A stretch of DNA of 64,000 nt. It comes from Halocafeteria seosinensis. Lineage: Eukaryota. Positions 22,231 through 34,700 of the stretch are shown in pieces. The notes under the pieces were generated by a model. The model did no database searches. It worked only from the letters and a program-made list of their open reading frames with translations, and was not told the DNA's origin. The first letter of the stretch is position 1. Every line of letters starts with the position of its first letter. The stretch spans positions 1 to 64,000 of the forward strand of contig LVLI01000079.1 of NCBI GenBank assembly GCA_001687465.1. The letters are read 5' to 3'. The position numbers and the translations under genes were made by a program.

Positions 22231-24194
22231 ATGTTGGTACTGCTGGAGACACCAGCAGGGTATGCCCTGTTTAAGGTGCTGAAGGAGAAGAAATTGAAGA
22301 ATGTAGACGACATATACGAGCATTTTAAGGATCCCGAAGACGCATCGAAAGTGTAAGTATCGCTGGCTATAGAATGGACTCAGCGTGGGCTGTGTATAAG
22401 GATCTCTGGTGCTGTTTTTCGCAGAGTGAAGCTCCACGCCTTCAAGAAATTCGACGATACAACAGAGGTGAGTGACCATTCATCACTAGTGGCATACATG
22501 GCAACTCTATTGTTGTCGGTAGAAGGATGCTATTGGCGATATTGACTTATCTGTTGAAATTATCGCCGTATCGACGAGTGGGGTCACAGCCTTGATATCC
22601 GTAGAAGGAGCCCCCCATGATCCCCCTTGGCGGGAATCCCGCAGTCTTTTTGTTGTTTTCTGCTGGCGGTTGAGCCTTGTAGGAATCCAGTTAGTTCACT
22701 TGAGTTCACCGTGCTCTGTTTCTTTCTAATTCAACAGGCTCTGCAAGCTGCCTCTTCCTTGATGGAAGGTACACTATCGGATGACCTCAAAAAATTCCTT
22801 AAGAAGTCTATTGTAAAGAAAGAACTTACCGACGACCTGGCGGTTCTTGACAGTAAACTCGGAGGAGTTATCAAAGATAAGCTGTCCATAAACGTAAGTG
22901 CGGTAGGCCTTTCAGGGAGACCGAACTTTTCTGATTAGTAGCACAAACAATTTGCGTAATACCATTGCAGTGCATCCATGACACTCGCGTGACCGAGTTG
23001 ATGCGAGGACTTCGCCAACATGCCTCTTCACTTATTGAGGGCTTGTCAGAAGAGCAACTGAATGCCATGAGGCTGGGTCTAGGCCACAGTTTATCCCGTT
23101 ATAAATTAAAATTTTCTCCTGATAAAGTGGACACAATGATTGTACAAGCAATTGGACTCTTGGATGAATTGGACAAAGAAATCAATATTTATGCGATGCG
23201 TGTAAAGGAATGGTATGGGTGGCATTTCCCCGAAATGGCAAGAATCTTAAATGATAACGAACAGTATGCAAGAGTTGTACTCAAAATGGGTACACGCAAC
23301 AATGCGCCAACTACTGATTTCTCTGATACCCTCTCTGATGATATTGAGAAGTCGCTCAAGGAAGCGGCCATCATCTCTATGGGTACGGATATCAGCGAAA
23401 GCGACTTGATCAACATTAAGGCTTTGGCCGAGCAAGTTATCAACATGATGGAATACAGAGCTACACTATTTGATTACTTAAAAAATCGAATGCATGCTAT
23501 CGCCCCTAACTTAACCATGATGGTAGGGGAACTCGTTGGCGCCCGACTGATTGCGCACGCCGGTAGCTTAATGAATTTAGCAAAGCAACCAGCTTCTACG
23601 GTGCAGATTTTGGGCGCAGAAAAGGCCCTATTCCGCGCCTTGAAAACTAAGCATGATACTCCAAAATACGGACTGATCTATCATGCATCTCTTGTTGGAC
23701 AAAGCCAACCCAAGAACAAAGGGAAAATTTCCCGAGTACTTGCTGCAAAGACTTCGCTGAGTATCCGCGTAGATGCCCTTGGAGAGAGCTCAGAACCTAC
23801 AGTTGCCATTGGAGGTCGTGAACATGTTGAAGAAAGAATGCGGCAGCTAGAAGGTGGATACAGAGCGCAATTGAGTGGTGGAGCCAAAGGACGTAGCCGC
23901 ACCTCGAACGAGGAACAGGGCACCGCTCAGTCAAATATCGCCGCCTCGTCAGAGTCCGGGACCGGTTACAACCCCGCAGCTGATATAGCTCTTCCGGCTG
24001 CTAATGGCTCTGCGGATAAGAAGGAGAAAAAGGACAAAAAAGAGAAGAAAGAAAAGAAGGAGAAGAAAGAGAAGAAGAAAGGAACAAAACGTGCTGCAGA
24101 GGAGCCTGCAGAAGGAGACGTTGAAGAAGACGGCGGCGAGAAGAAGGCGAAGAAAGCCAAGAAGGCCAAAAAAGCGAAGAAAGCCGAAGCATAA
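22231..24194 (+). CDS. NOP58: Nucleolar protein 58 (box C/D snoRNP core), spliced
   Basis: [72 protein letters not shown], and a KKE/KKD-repeat tail. Confidence 0.96.
22468..22737 (+). other. Oversized (270-nt) structured intron 2 of NOP58; candidate intronic ncRNA or splicing-regulatory element
   Basis: GTGAGT...CAACAG boundaries restore the NOP58 frame. About 4x the local intron size, with nested stems visible. No canonical TGATGA/CTGA boxes found. Confidence 0.5.
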
Positions 24195-24688
24195 GTTCCC
24201 CAATGATAAATAAACATTCGCAAAATACATCTGCGTAGTCATACTCCGACCGTCATCTTGCAACGGTGCTATCCGTAACTTTGGGTAGGCATCCTACTAC
24301 CTGTTACTTTGTATAATGGCTGTGAACTAATCATTGTGGTTCCGTCAACACCTGACTCCGGGGTAGCGGCTCAAGAGAGATACGAAAGGATTAAGGCCCC
24401 ATACATTTCCCTCCATACCCTGGGCCACAACTTATAGATAGTCCTGAATAAGTCATACCACCGGAAAATGTGACTATTACTAATTGGCGGGGTTAGAACA
24501 AAGTCCGGCGTTTGTTCGCGCGACGCTCGAATGACGTCACGCCAGCTAGGTTTCTTCTTCAAGTACATGTATCTTTTAGAAGTATCCATGTTGAAGGTGT
24601 TGAAGAACTTTAACTACTGACAGCAAAAAGCAGTCTATAACTCATCGTCAAGTTACCCTTTGTAATTCAACAGACGCGAAGGAGAACC

Positions 24689-25703
24689 ATGGCCGCTCCC
24701 GAAGCAGGCACCTCAGGAAATGTGCTGTTCATTCTCACGTCTCATAACAAACTGGGAGATACCGGGAAAGCAACAGGATGGTATGAACAACTCAGTTGTC
24801 AGCTCTGTATTCGTACTTGCTTCGCTACGCGGTACATTTGTTCTGTTGTGGGTGCCAGGTATCTTCCGGAAGTAGCACACGCGTACAGAGTGCTCAAAGG
24901 GCATGGCTTCGCGGTTACGTTTGCCACTCCTCTTGGAGGCGAAGCTCCGATGGATCCTGGCTCCTTTGACAATTTCAAGGATGGTAGGTTTATCAATGTG
25001 TATAATATCAATCGTCGCATTCTTCAGAGGTTCATGAGTTCACTCGAATTTTCCCGCAGAGTGTGATGACTTCCTGCAAGACAAAGCTGCCAAGGAAGCG
25101 CTGAACAACACGAAACGACTTGAGGACGTCAACCCTGACGACTATAAGGTAAGTCCGAAAGATACGAGTAAAGCTGGAAAAAATCCAGCCAGAAATACTG
25201 ATACGGTGGGCCAACTGGGAATCGGTGCAGGGTGTGTACTTCCCTGGTGGCCATGGACCCATGTGGGACCTTGTCAATAACACAAAGGCCCACGAAATCG
25301 CCATGAAAGTGCACAAAAACGGTGGCATCATTTGCGCTGTATGTCATGGAACTGTCGGCATTGCTGAAATGAAAAATCCTGACACCGGTAAGCATTTCGT
25401 GCACGGCAAGAAAGTGACCAGCTTCACCGATAGCGAAGAAATCGAAGTCGGCCTGGACAAGGTACGTCTTGTCTTTCCTGGTTGGGTTGAAACCGATATG
25501 CACGTGGATGCATCGTGATTTTTCTGTTTCAGACGGTTCCCTTCCTCCTGGAGTCGAAATTAAAGGAAAATGGAGCAGATTTCCAAAGTGGCAAGAACTG
25601 GACGAATTTCGTCGCTGAAGATGATAGGCTCATCTGCGGTCAAAATCCTCAAAGCACTACGAGCGCTGCTCAGAAAATGGTTGTTGCTATGCAGCGAGTG
25701 TAG
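24689..25703 (+). CDS. DJ-1/PfpI family protein (Hsp31-like glyoxalase III), spliced
   Basis: ILTSHNKLGDTGKATGW|YLPEVAHAY, YFPGGHGPMWDL, nucleophile elbow AVCHG, GQNPQS. Confidence 0.92.
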
Positions 25704-25761
25704 ATTGACGCATGTGCTATTTATATATTTTCCCTATAGCACCAGTTTACAGTGCAACATT

Positions 25762-28700
25762 CTACTTGTCGAATTTAGCATAAGCCATAGCGATGGCATA
25801 TTCTCCTGAATGAGATATACTAACTTGCACTTCACTGACATTACCCATACGAGCCATTTCGGCACTATAGCCGCTCAACTGCACGGTTGGACAACCTGCC
25901 CTGTCGGAGAGGATCTCAATATCCTTCAGAGAGGCTTCTCCACCTTTCCACATCGGCGGCGACGCGCCGTATTCCCCAGAAGCAGCATTCGAAATCGACT
26001 TGACAACAGCTTCTTTAGCTGCCCACCGACCAGCAAAACTGCTCTCAGGATCTTGACGATCGAGACACAAGCTGATCTCCTTTTCTGTGAAATTTCGCTG
26101 AGTGAACGTATCAAAGCTGGGATTTTCTCTGGAGAATGTAGCGATAGGCTCCACGTCCACCCCAACTCCTGCCACGTTCGATGTAGAGCTTTCCAAGAAC
26201 GCCATCTTTGTTGCTTCTTCCTCCAAAGCAATAGCCTCAGAAGAAGACGTGACTTTAGCGCTGATATCGAAGCTTGCAAGTTGCGTAGATTTTTCGATGC
26301 TATCGCCCCGAGATCGTTTAACATTCGGTCGACCGTAAGTCAGGGGAATTCTGCCGAGATCTTCAGTTGTAACGAACCTATGCTCTTTGGCCTCAATGTC
26401 CCAAGTAGCTCTGGCGCGCGGGTTCAAATATACGCTCCTTTGTTGATCATTCGTGTAAGGAGGTGAGTCCTTTACTTCCAAAAGTGGTCTCTTTCCGGAG
26501 TGTATGTTATATCCAAGTCTGTTTGCAGTGCGCTCTCGTTGAAGACGCTTCTCGACATAGGACTCGTATTGACTCGCCCCTATATTAGCCAACAAGTAGT
26601 CGGGATGCAGCAACAGCAGTTCACCACCAGCCTGCCCAAAACCAAACGACTTCACTAAAACTGATTTTACACCAGGGGAACTTGAGCGTCCTCCCTTCTT
26701 GCCGTCCTCCAGCTGGATACTGGAATTTATGTACGCTAAATGAGAAAAGCGTTGGAACTGAGAGTCAACGTCATCAGCATTTGCATTGCCTGGAACTATT
26801 CCCGAAACCAGGCTCTGACATGCGCCATTTATCATCCAGGCAGCCGCGGAGCCCTTCCCATGACCCGTTAAGTACTTTTGGCACACAACGTACAGCGGAT
26901 TACCTTGAGCCCTACCTAGTTGCCGCATCTGTAAATCGGTCACTTCGCTCTCATTCAAGTCGTTCGCTTTCGTTCCTGTACCGTGGAAAGATGCTAACGT
27001 GATATCATTGGCGCTTAGGCCAAACATCGAAAGCGCTCCCTGGATAGGCGATATTGTGTTATCGCGAAGATGCAGATCATGGGCCCATTGTCTCTGAGCA
27101 CTCCTCCGCAATGATTCTTTCAATGCGTCTCCCGCAAAACCATGCTGGTTAGCTTGCCTATCGATGTGGCTGAACGCATTTTGTAACTGCTTAGACCTAA
27201 ACCCTAAATCGAGCAAAGGAGACTCTTTTCCCGAGTGGTATTGTCGAGCAGTCGTAAGGATTCCCTCTCCCGGGGCAGGCACCGAACGTCCAATTTTATC
27301 CGTGGCAGTAGCTGAGTGAGCAATTACAGCGTAAATCGGACAGCCCATATCAATAGCTAAATCTGCAGCCATTAGTATCTGCATGCCTGACCCCTGAGCT
27401 TCCATAAAACCAGCCCTGCTTGATGATGTTGGTCGACTCATTTCAGAGGGAAAGCGCCCTTTTGCATTCTCTTGGTCCGAGTTCGATGTAGCACCCATAG
27501 CGCCAAACTCGTAGGATCCTTCCTCACCGAAGTCATCGAACCCTCCCGCAATCATTACTCGAGCCTTTCCACTCTTTATAGTGTCGACCGCGATATCGAT
27601 GCTCTCTGCTGCGGTGGCACAAGCCCCTACTGGTGTCTTAATGGGGCCGGAGGAGGAAAGAAGTAGCATGTTAATCCAAGCCGGAACAGTATTGATGAAG
27701 CTTTCCTGCAAGATATCATTCTGGATATCTTCTTCTTCTCGCCTCTGTCGGAATATACGTTTCAACGCCCTCATGCCACCCATGCCGCCACCGGCACTAT
27801 TCCCGAGCTCACTGACATGAATATATTTGTAGAACTCATAAGGATCACTAATTCCGGCAGTTACAAGGGATTCAGCGACAGAGACCAATGAATACAAGGA
27901 AACAGGATCTATTCTATCGGCAAGATCTTTCGGGATACCGAACCTTTGAGGGTTCCAGCCGGTCGGAATCTGACCTGCTACCCACCTATCAAAACGCATG
28001 GCTCGCGGAACCGACAAAATGGCACCCCGTTTTACTCGGATATACCACGATCCCTCAGGGACGTCTTCCGGTGCTCGGGAAAGCATTGCTCTGCCCTGAG
28101 CTATGAACTTGTCATGATCCGAAGTAGTCTCTTGGCCTTCTGGTAGAAACATCACGTCAACTTTATCATCCCCCAATTCTTTCGTGTACTCTTTGGCATC
28201 TTCCGGTGAGTTAACCTCCACCCAGTCCATAGTCCTTTCGACAGCGACTTGGTGCAAGAACTGTTTTCTCAGAGGATCGTATCCTTCAAACAGTTCAGGC
28301 TCAATGAGCCGGATCCCAGAGTGCTCAAGGACCTTTTCCTCATATTTCTTCTTGATATCGAGTGCGTCAACGGTCTCCTGGGAAGAGCTATCTACCCATC
28401 CGCAGTAAGAATCGTCTTCTTTCCATTGGATGTAGCCCATTAGCCAGGCCATTTCCATGCATCCCTCCACAGATAAGGAACCATATGCCTCAATATCCCA
28501 ACGTGTGCGTGTGTGACCCCACGGTCCAAGTTCTCCGAAGCCTACAATCACCGGTACTTGGCTCAAGTCTAGGCTTCCTCGTACGGCACAAAGCTTCTTC
28601 CTTCGCGTGTCCGAGGGGAGATCAGGGAACCGGTTCATCTTGATACTAGGACTATGAGTTGGCTTGCTCGTGCTGCCCTTCAACTTTTGTTCATTTGACA

Positions 28701-31700
28701 GTAAGGCGGAAGTCAATTTCGACTCCTTCTGAAGATCTGCTCGAATACTGGCAACTACTTCTTGCAATTTCGGTACCTGATCAAATCCTCCACCTAGATC
28801 AGCTTTAATTGGCCCGCCGTAAGCCATTTCTACCATCGTCGGGTGCATGAATACCAATAGATTCAATGCCATTTCTTCAGAGGAGAAAGTGCGGATTTGG
28901 GAGAATTGTTCCTCGAGCTTAGCCGCAACCGCATTGTTGGCGGCCATCAGAGATGTTCCACGTGTCCACCCAATAATGGCACCAACTATGGTGATGTAAT
29001 CAGCCCAGTCCTCAGAGTGCCACTTGTTGAACAAGCTCTCAAGGCCTAACTTGCTTTCTGCGTAAAGTCCATCTCCACCAAAAATTCCATGGTTAGGACT
29101 CATGGGAAGAATTACTTCTGTCGGCTGCGTGTTCAGTCCCTGTTCACGTTTCTTGGTAGCTATCTTCCCAATCAACCTGAGCACATTCGTCAGCATCAGA
29201 CGATGGGCCAACTCAGATTTACCATCCAAAGTTGTGACCTTCGAACCAGCTTCATTAATGGCAGCAAAGGGCAATACAATGTCGAAATCTACAGGAGAGC
29301 TTTGGGAGTAGAAATGGTTCACCAGAGAGTCCACATCCTGCTTCGATGCTCCATTAAACGGGAAAATCGTCAACGAGGATCCTTTTGCACCAAACTTGTG
29401 GTACATGCTCTCGAAATGTTGTATCGAGTTCTTCGACAAACGACTAGTAGTAGCAAACACAGAAGCACCGCCTTGCAGACAGAGTCGTAACGTTTCAGCA
29501 CCAATACTACCTGGACCGCAACCGACAATCAACACATTCTTACTCCCCAACGACAATGACGGCTCATCATTCGAGAATGCACCGAAGATTTTGAAGAACG
29601 TATCCGAAATCGGGGTCTCTCCACCTTGCTCGTCATCTCCATTCAAATGATAACATTGGATCCAATTCTTTCCTTGCTCGTGAGAAGCACACAGCTCAGA
29701 AATGTAAGATTCAAACCGTTCACTGGCAACCTCGCTGTAATCGATGCTTCCAGAGGAATTGATACTCACGTGAGGTTTCAGCGAGGAAATATTCGTATGA
29801 ACTGTCGGTTCAAAAGTATTCTGTTCTAAAGCAGCTTCGATCTTGTCCGTGACGTCATCAAGTGTCGTCTGAGCCTCCTCTAGGGATTTAAACAGTTCAT
29901 TTCTCGCCTCCGCCGAGCCACTCTCCGAGTTTATGCCGTCAGAAAACTGCTTGCCCATCCAGTTACGAAACCGCGTACAGAAGTCCAACACTTGCTGCGT
30001 GGGTCTGTTGGTGATCCGATTTACGCAGGCACTGGAACAGTAGCTTCGAATCTCATCAGCCACTTCCTTGGCTTCTACGCAATAAGATGGCAGACACTCC
30101 TCGTTCTCGAGGAGACCATATGCACGCAAGATAGCTGCACTGAACAGACTTAACTCTTGCATGTTCCAGCACCAATAACTTGAGTATTGCCGGATTTTTT
30201 TGGAGTCGAATTTGGGGGTAATGCCATCATAAAACTTTTCACCCATTTCTTCCAACACTTGCGATTGAAACGACTGCAACTGGGTAGCAGATTCTGCTTC
30301 TTCAGCTACAACATCAGTAATTTCTTTGTGGTCTACGCCGAGGAATTCACGCATGTTTTCAGCTTGTTGTTGTATATGGACATTTAGTTTGGTCTTATAC
30401 TCTTCGAATTCTTTCGAAGGGCCCGAAGATCCCAATTGCCCAACTAGGCCCGATAAATCGGGGCCTTCTTCGTCGCCACCATTGCTGGACCCAGACAGAT
30501 CAATGTTCTCCATCTTAGCGTAGTCTTTGACCATGCTGTTCAGCCAATTGTTTAGCTCATCGTTCGACTCAAATCTCTTGGCAGGCAGATTCCCGAGGGA
30601 GTGAATCAGCACGTTCTCCACCAGTCCACTTGGAAGACCGTGCTGTTCTTTCAGGGATTGCCGTACTTTTGCCAAACTGTGTCCTGCGGGTAACTTGTTA
30701 CCAATTTTTCCGATCATGGCCTTACTAATGTTCCCTAAACCTCGCGAATCATAGACGGGCTGTAATTTTTTGGCTAGGTCAGAAATGGCGAATTCCGCGG
30801 CACCTTCTGGGACTGCTTTTGATCCAAATTCCTGTTCGATATCACCCGCTATTTCATTTTGGACGGCACTTTTCCCGTTGCTCAGCTGCTGTAAAGTGGA
30901 TTTTCCCGAAATATCTGATGTTGACGAGCTCAGCTTTTGTGCTATCAAAGCCTTCAAAAATGATAGCGCCTGTACTGGTTGGTCGGGTATAGACTTTGGC
31001 GTTTTCTTCTGTCCAGCTTGAGAAAGTTTCAATAAAGCAGATAAATCAGCGCCGGATGCTCCGGTTCCAGCGCCTGTGCCTTCTCCCTTCCTTGGTACAC
31101 GAATGTTCTTTATTGACTCATACAGCGAAACCACGGATTCTAGCCATTGCTTAACGTCATCGCGCCGAGCCAATCGGGCAGTCGGTGGTGAAGTCGTTCC
31201 ATATAGCAAAATCGCACTAGATCTCCCTTTGCCAACCGACCATGTTTCTTCGATTAGCTGTTTTAGGGAGGACATGTTCATTCCAGCAGGCATAGCCTTG
31301 CTGACCATGGAGCCAATGGACTTACTCGTTACCTTACCAGGGAAAGTTTGATTCCCTTTATCGAATTGCTCTGATACCTTCTGCAACGACTCATCCGTAG
31401 CTCCTTCTGGGAGTGATTCGACACCCAGTTCGGCAGCGAGATCTCCTGCGATTTCGTTCATTTGAGCACTCTTGCCTTCAGAAAGGTCTTTCAAAGATTT
31501 CCCCAGGGAAATTTCGGAAACAGGTTTCTTCAGCTTTTGCGAAACTATGCAGCGGATCGAATCAATAGCCTTAGGTGGTTCGTCCTCCATGGACTGCGTG
31601 CTCTCACTCGCTTGCGGCGCGATCTGTGCCTTCTGTGTCGTGGCTTGCGCAAACGGTTTACTCTCACTTTCCGACGACGCGGGTTCAGAGTTCTGATTTA

Positions 31701-34700
31701 CACTTCGATCTTCACTTGAGGGTGGGTCTTCCACAGTTTCTTGAGCCAGCTTCTCCGCATGGTCAGCGGCAGACGGACCCTGATCTTCCAGCTGGTAGCG
31801 CAATTCACTGGTGGAATCCTTGAACAGGAGAAGCTTGAGCCGGTTGCTGGGAATTTTCATATTCTGGATTGTTCGCTTTGCCAAACCCAGCAAAACTGGG
31901 GTTGACCCAAATTCAACCATTTTCATCTCCTCTCTCCGCTCAAAGAGAACATTTTGCGTTTGAATCCATAACACTGGACTGGCAAATTGATAGGCTAGCA
32001 GTTCGATAACTAATGTATGGGCAAGCTTCATCAACCACTCGCAATCGTCTTCTCCCCAGCGGGGACTATCCAAATAAGGCTTCAGATACGGACTTTTAGT
32101 CTCTTTAAACACTAGATTTGCGAATTCTTCAGTAACCTCAAACGGTTTTGCCACTAAATTGGGAATGTAAGATCTCGAGATTTCGGGGAGTCGAAATGCC
32201 ACTTGCTCTGGAGAGATAGCTTCCAGCAGCATCTGTCTGAACGCAGAGACACCAGGGCGAAGATACCGACTATGAAAAGGCACATCAATCCCATCAAGTG
32301 GAATGGTGGCACGGCCCCGATAAAGTCCAAAGTGCTTTCCCTTAGACTTAGCAACGGACTCCACTTCGTCGACCTTCGTGCATGCGTCGTCCACAATTTG
32401 ATGCACTGCTGCGCTACTCTGGGACAAATTGTCCAGGACCAAAGTGAACAAATATAATGCCTTTATTGTCCCTGCGACTACATATTGGTGCATATAACTG
32501 TTGTAATTCACCACCTCTATCAAATAGCTACATCGGTTGTAGATCAAGTTAACAACCAAATGTAAAGCATCCTCCGTAAACCAGGATCCAACCCGCGTAG
32601 GATTGCACGCCACCATCGCGAAATTACTTCGACCCGCTTCGTCCCGCTTGACGGCTTGCTGCATTATGATACCTCTGCGGAAGACAAGCTCTGCGACAGT
32701 TTCCACAGACAACAATGGAGCGACCGAAGCTAGCGCGGCATATTCCCCAAGCGAGTGGCCAGCAAAGTAATTTCTGGACGTACAGTACCCTTTCTTCTTG
32801 AGATCGTCGAAAGCAGCTTTTTGCACAATGACCAAGGCTGGTTGGGTAAATTGTGTAGCAAATAGCAAGCCCTTAGGATGCTTGAAGGTGTACGAGTTTG
32901 TAGTCGACGTTATCTCCGGGAGTATCGGAACGTGCTTTCCCTCTTCCTCGGAGTATACCGTCAGTTTCTGATAGTTATCGCGAACCTTTTTCCCTTTGTT
33001 TCCTCCAAAGCGAATAGTCAGTTGCTTAGGATTGTTTTGGACAATGTTCAGGATCGAGAACCCATATTTTCCGTAAAGATACCTGTCAGCAGACTGCCAG
33101 ACATCTCTGGCGACACTGCTTTGCTGGAGGAGGTCCATACCCATACCCGGCGCGGCACTACCCTGTCCAGTGAATAAGTAGGCGGTTTTCTCCTGAGATA
33201 TTCGCGAATATGCCAGCATTTTGGATGTCCCCTCCTTGTCAACAACTGAGATGCGGACAACTAAGTCACCGGCCGTCATTCCGACATGTTGGGCTTGAAG
33301 ATACAGAGTAGAGTCCAAATACACCATATCTTGGAAAGCAGTATACCAGGCTCTGAGACGAGTATTATCACCGTTACAAATGTGAGCGGAAACGAGAAGC
33401 TGGGCCTTGGTAGATAGCCACATGCCATGCACAATGGGATTGGACGCGGGCAATTGGGCCAAGTTCGCAAATGTCCCTTCGCGATGAATCGGATTCCAGT
33501 CAGCAGACACTGCAGCGTAGTCATGACAGGAACTCGGCGTATGAATTTCGAGTGGCTCCTGCAACACGTTGTAGGGGCTGTCATGTTCATGCTCAACGTA
33601 TGATGCATCGGCTATTTCGCCTAGCGGAGAATAACGGGACCTCCAATGGCGATGCATATCGTTTTTCAGTTCATTTTGGTTCACTGAAGAATCGATTTCT
33701 TGCTGGCATAGGTCCTTCAGAAAACGAACAATGCTTATTTGACCTAGTTCGACGCTGGTACCCCGTTTTTCCATTTTTTCTTCTTGATACACTCTACTCA
33801 CAGCTCGATTTCGCTGTATTCCGCAACAGTACACTGTGCCTTCAGAACACACGGTCATCATCTTACTGGACGTCTTTTTTGCAGTGATGCGAAGATCGAA
33901 GGACAGCACATCTCCCGGAGAAACCTTCGGAGAATTCGGCATGTGCACGTGCCAGGGCTGATATTCTATCCTCCCAACGTCCACTTCCTTCAACGGTGGT
34001 GTCACGAACTTCACGGCCGAGTTCATAACCTGACAGTTCACAAATGTAGCTGCATCAAGCTCAGGTTGCCTGATAAAGAATTCGCTCTTTATTTCAGCAC
34101 GAACACTATCCCTTTCGCTACAGGAAACGTCCCCCACGAGCGATACAGTAACTCCCCCACCAGATTGGGCAATTTTGCAGATCCCTGCCTCAATTACCAG
34201 GTTGTCCTTAAGAGAAAAGGTGCATTCAGAATCTTTGCTGCCGGAAGAAATATAAGCAAAACTGTTGTGCAGATGCACCAGTCGGAGCAAATCTATACCT
34301 GGAATTGTCTCAGAAAGGATCCCTTTAGCCAGGGCTGACCAAGCTGGAACAATAAGGTACGAGAGGGGCATCGTAGAATCGTTGGCTTTTTCTCCGAACT
34401 CTCCTAAGAATGTATTGACCGCATCTTCCCCTAATTTGCTCTCAATACGGGATCCAGTTTTCGGAATAAACTTATTATTCAAAGGAGACTTCGACGGGGT
34501 ATCGCATGACCACACTTTCTCATAATACTTCCTGATGTTTTGCTTCCATGAGTCCTGGTCCCACAAAAGGAAACTATAGTGCCACTGTTGACTTAGTTTC
34601 ATATCCACATTGAGTGAAAGACCTTTGAAGCTGCGATCAAATAACCTTAACTGAATATGTGTTCCATCCTTGCAATCCAGCTCTAACACTTGAGTTGCAC

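Noticed and set aside
24016..24190. AAG-rich tandem-like repeats
   Set aside because: The ordinary KKE/KKD/KKA tail of NOP58.
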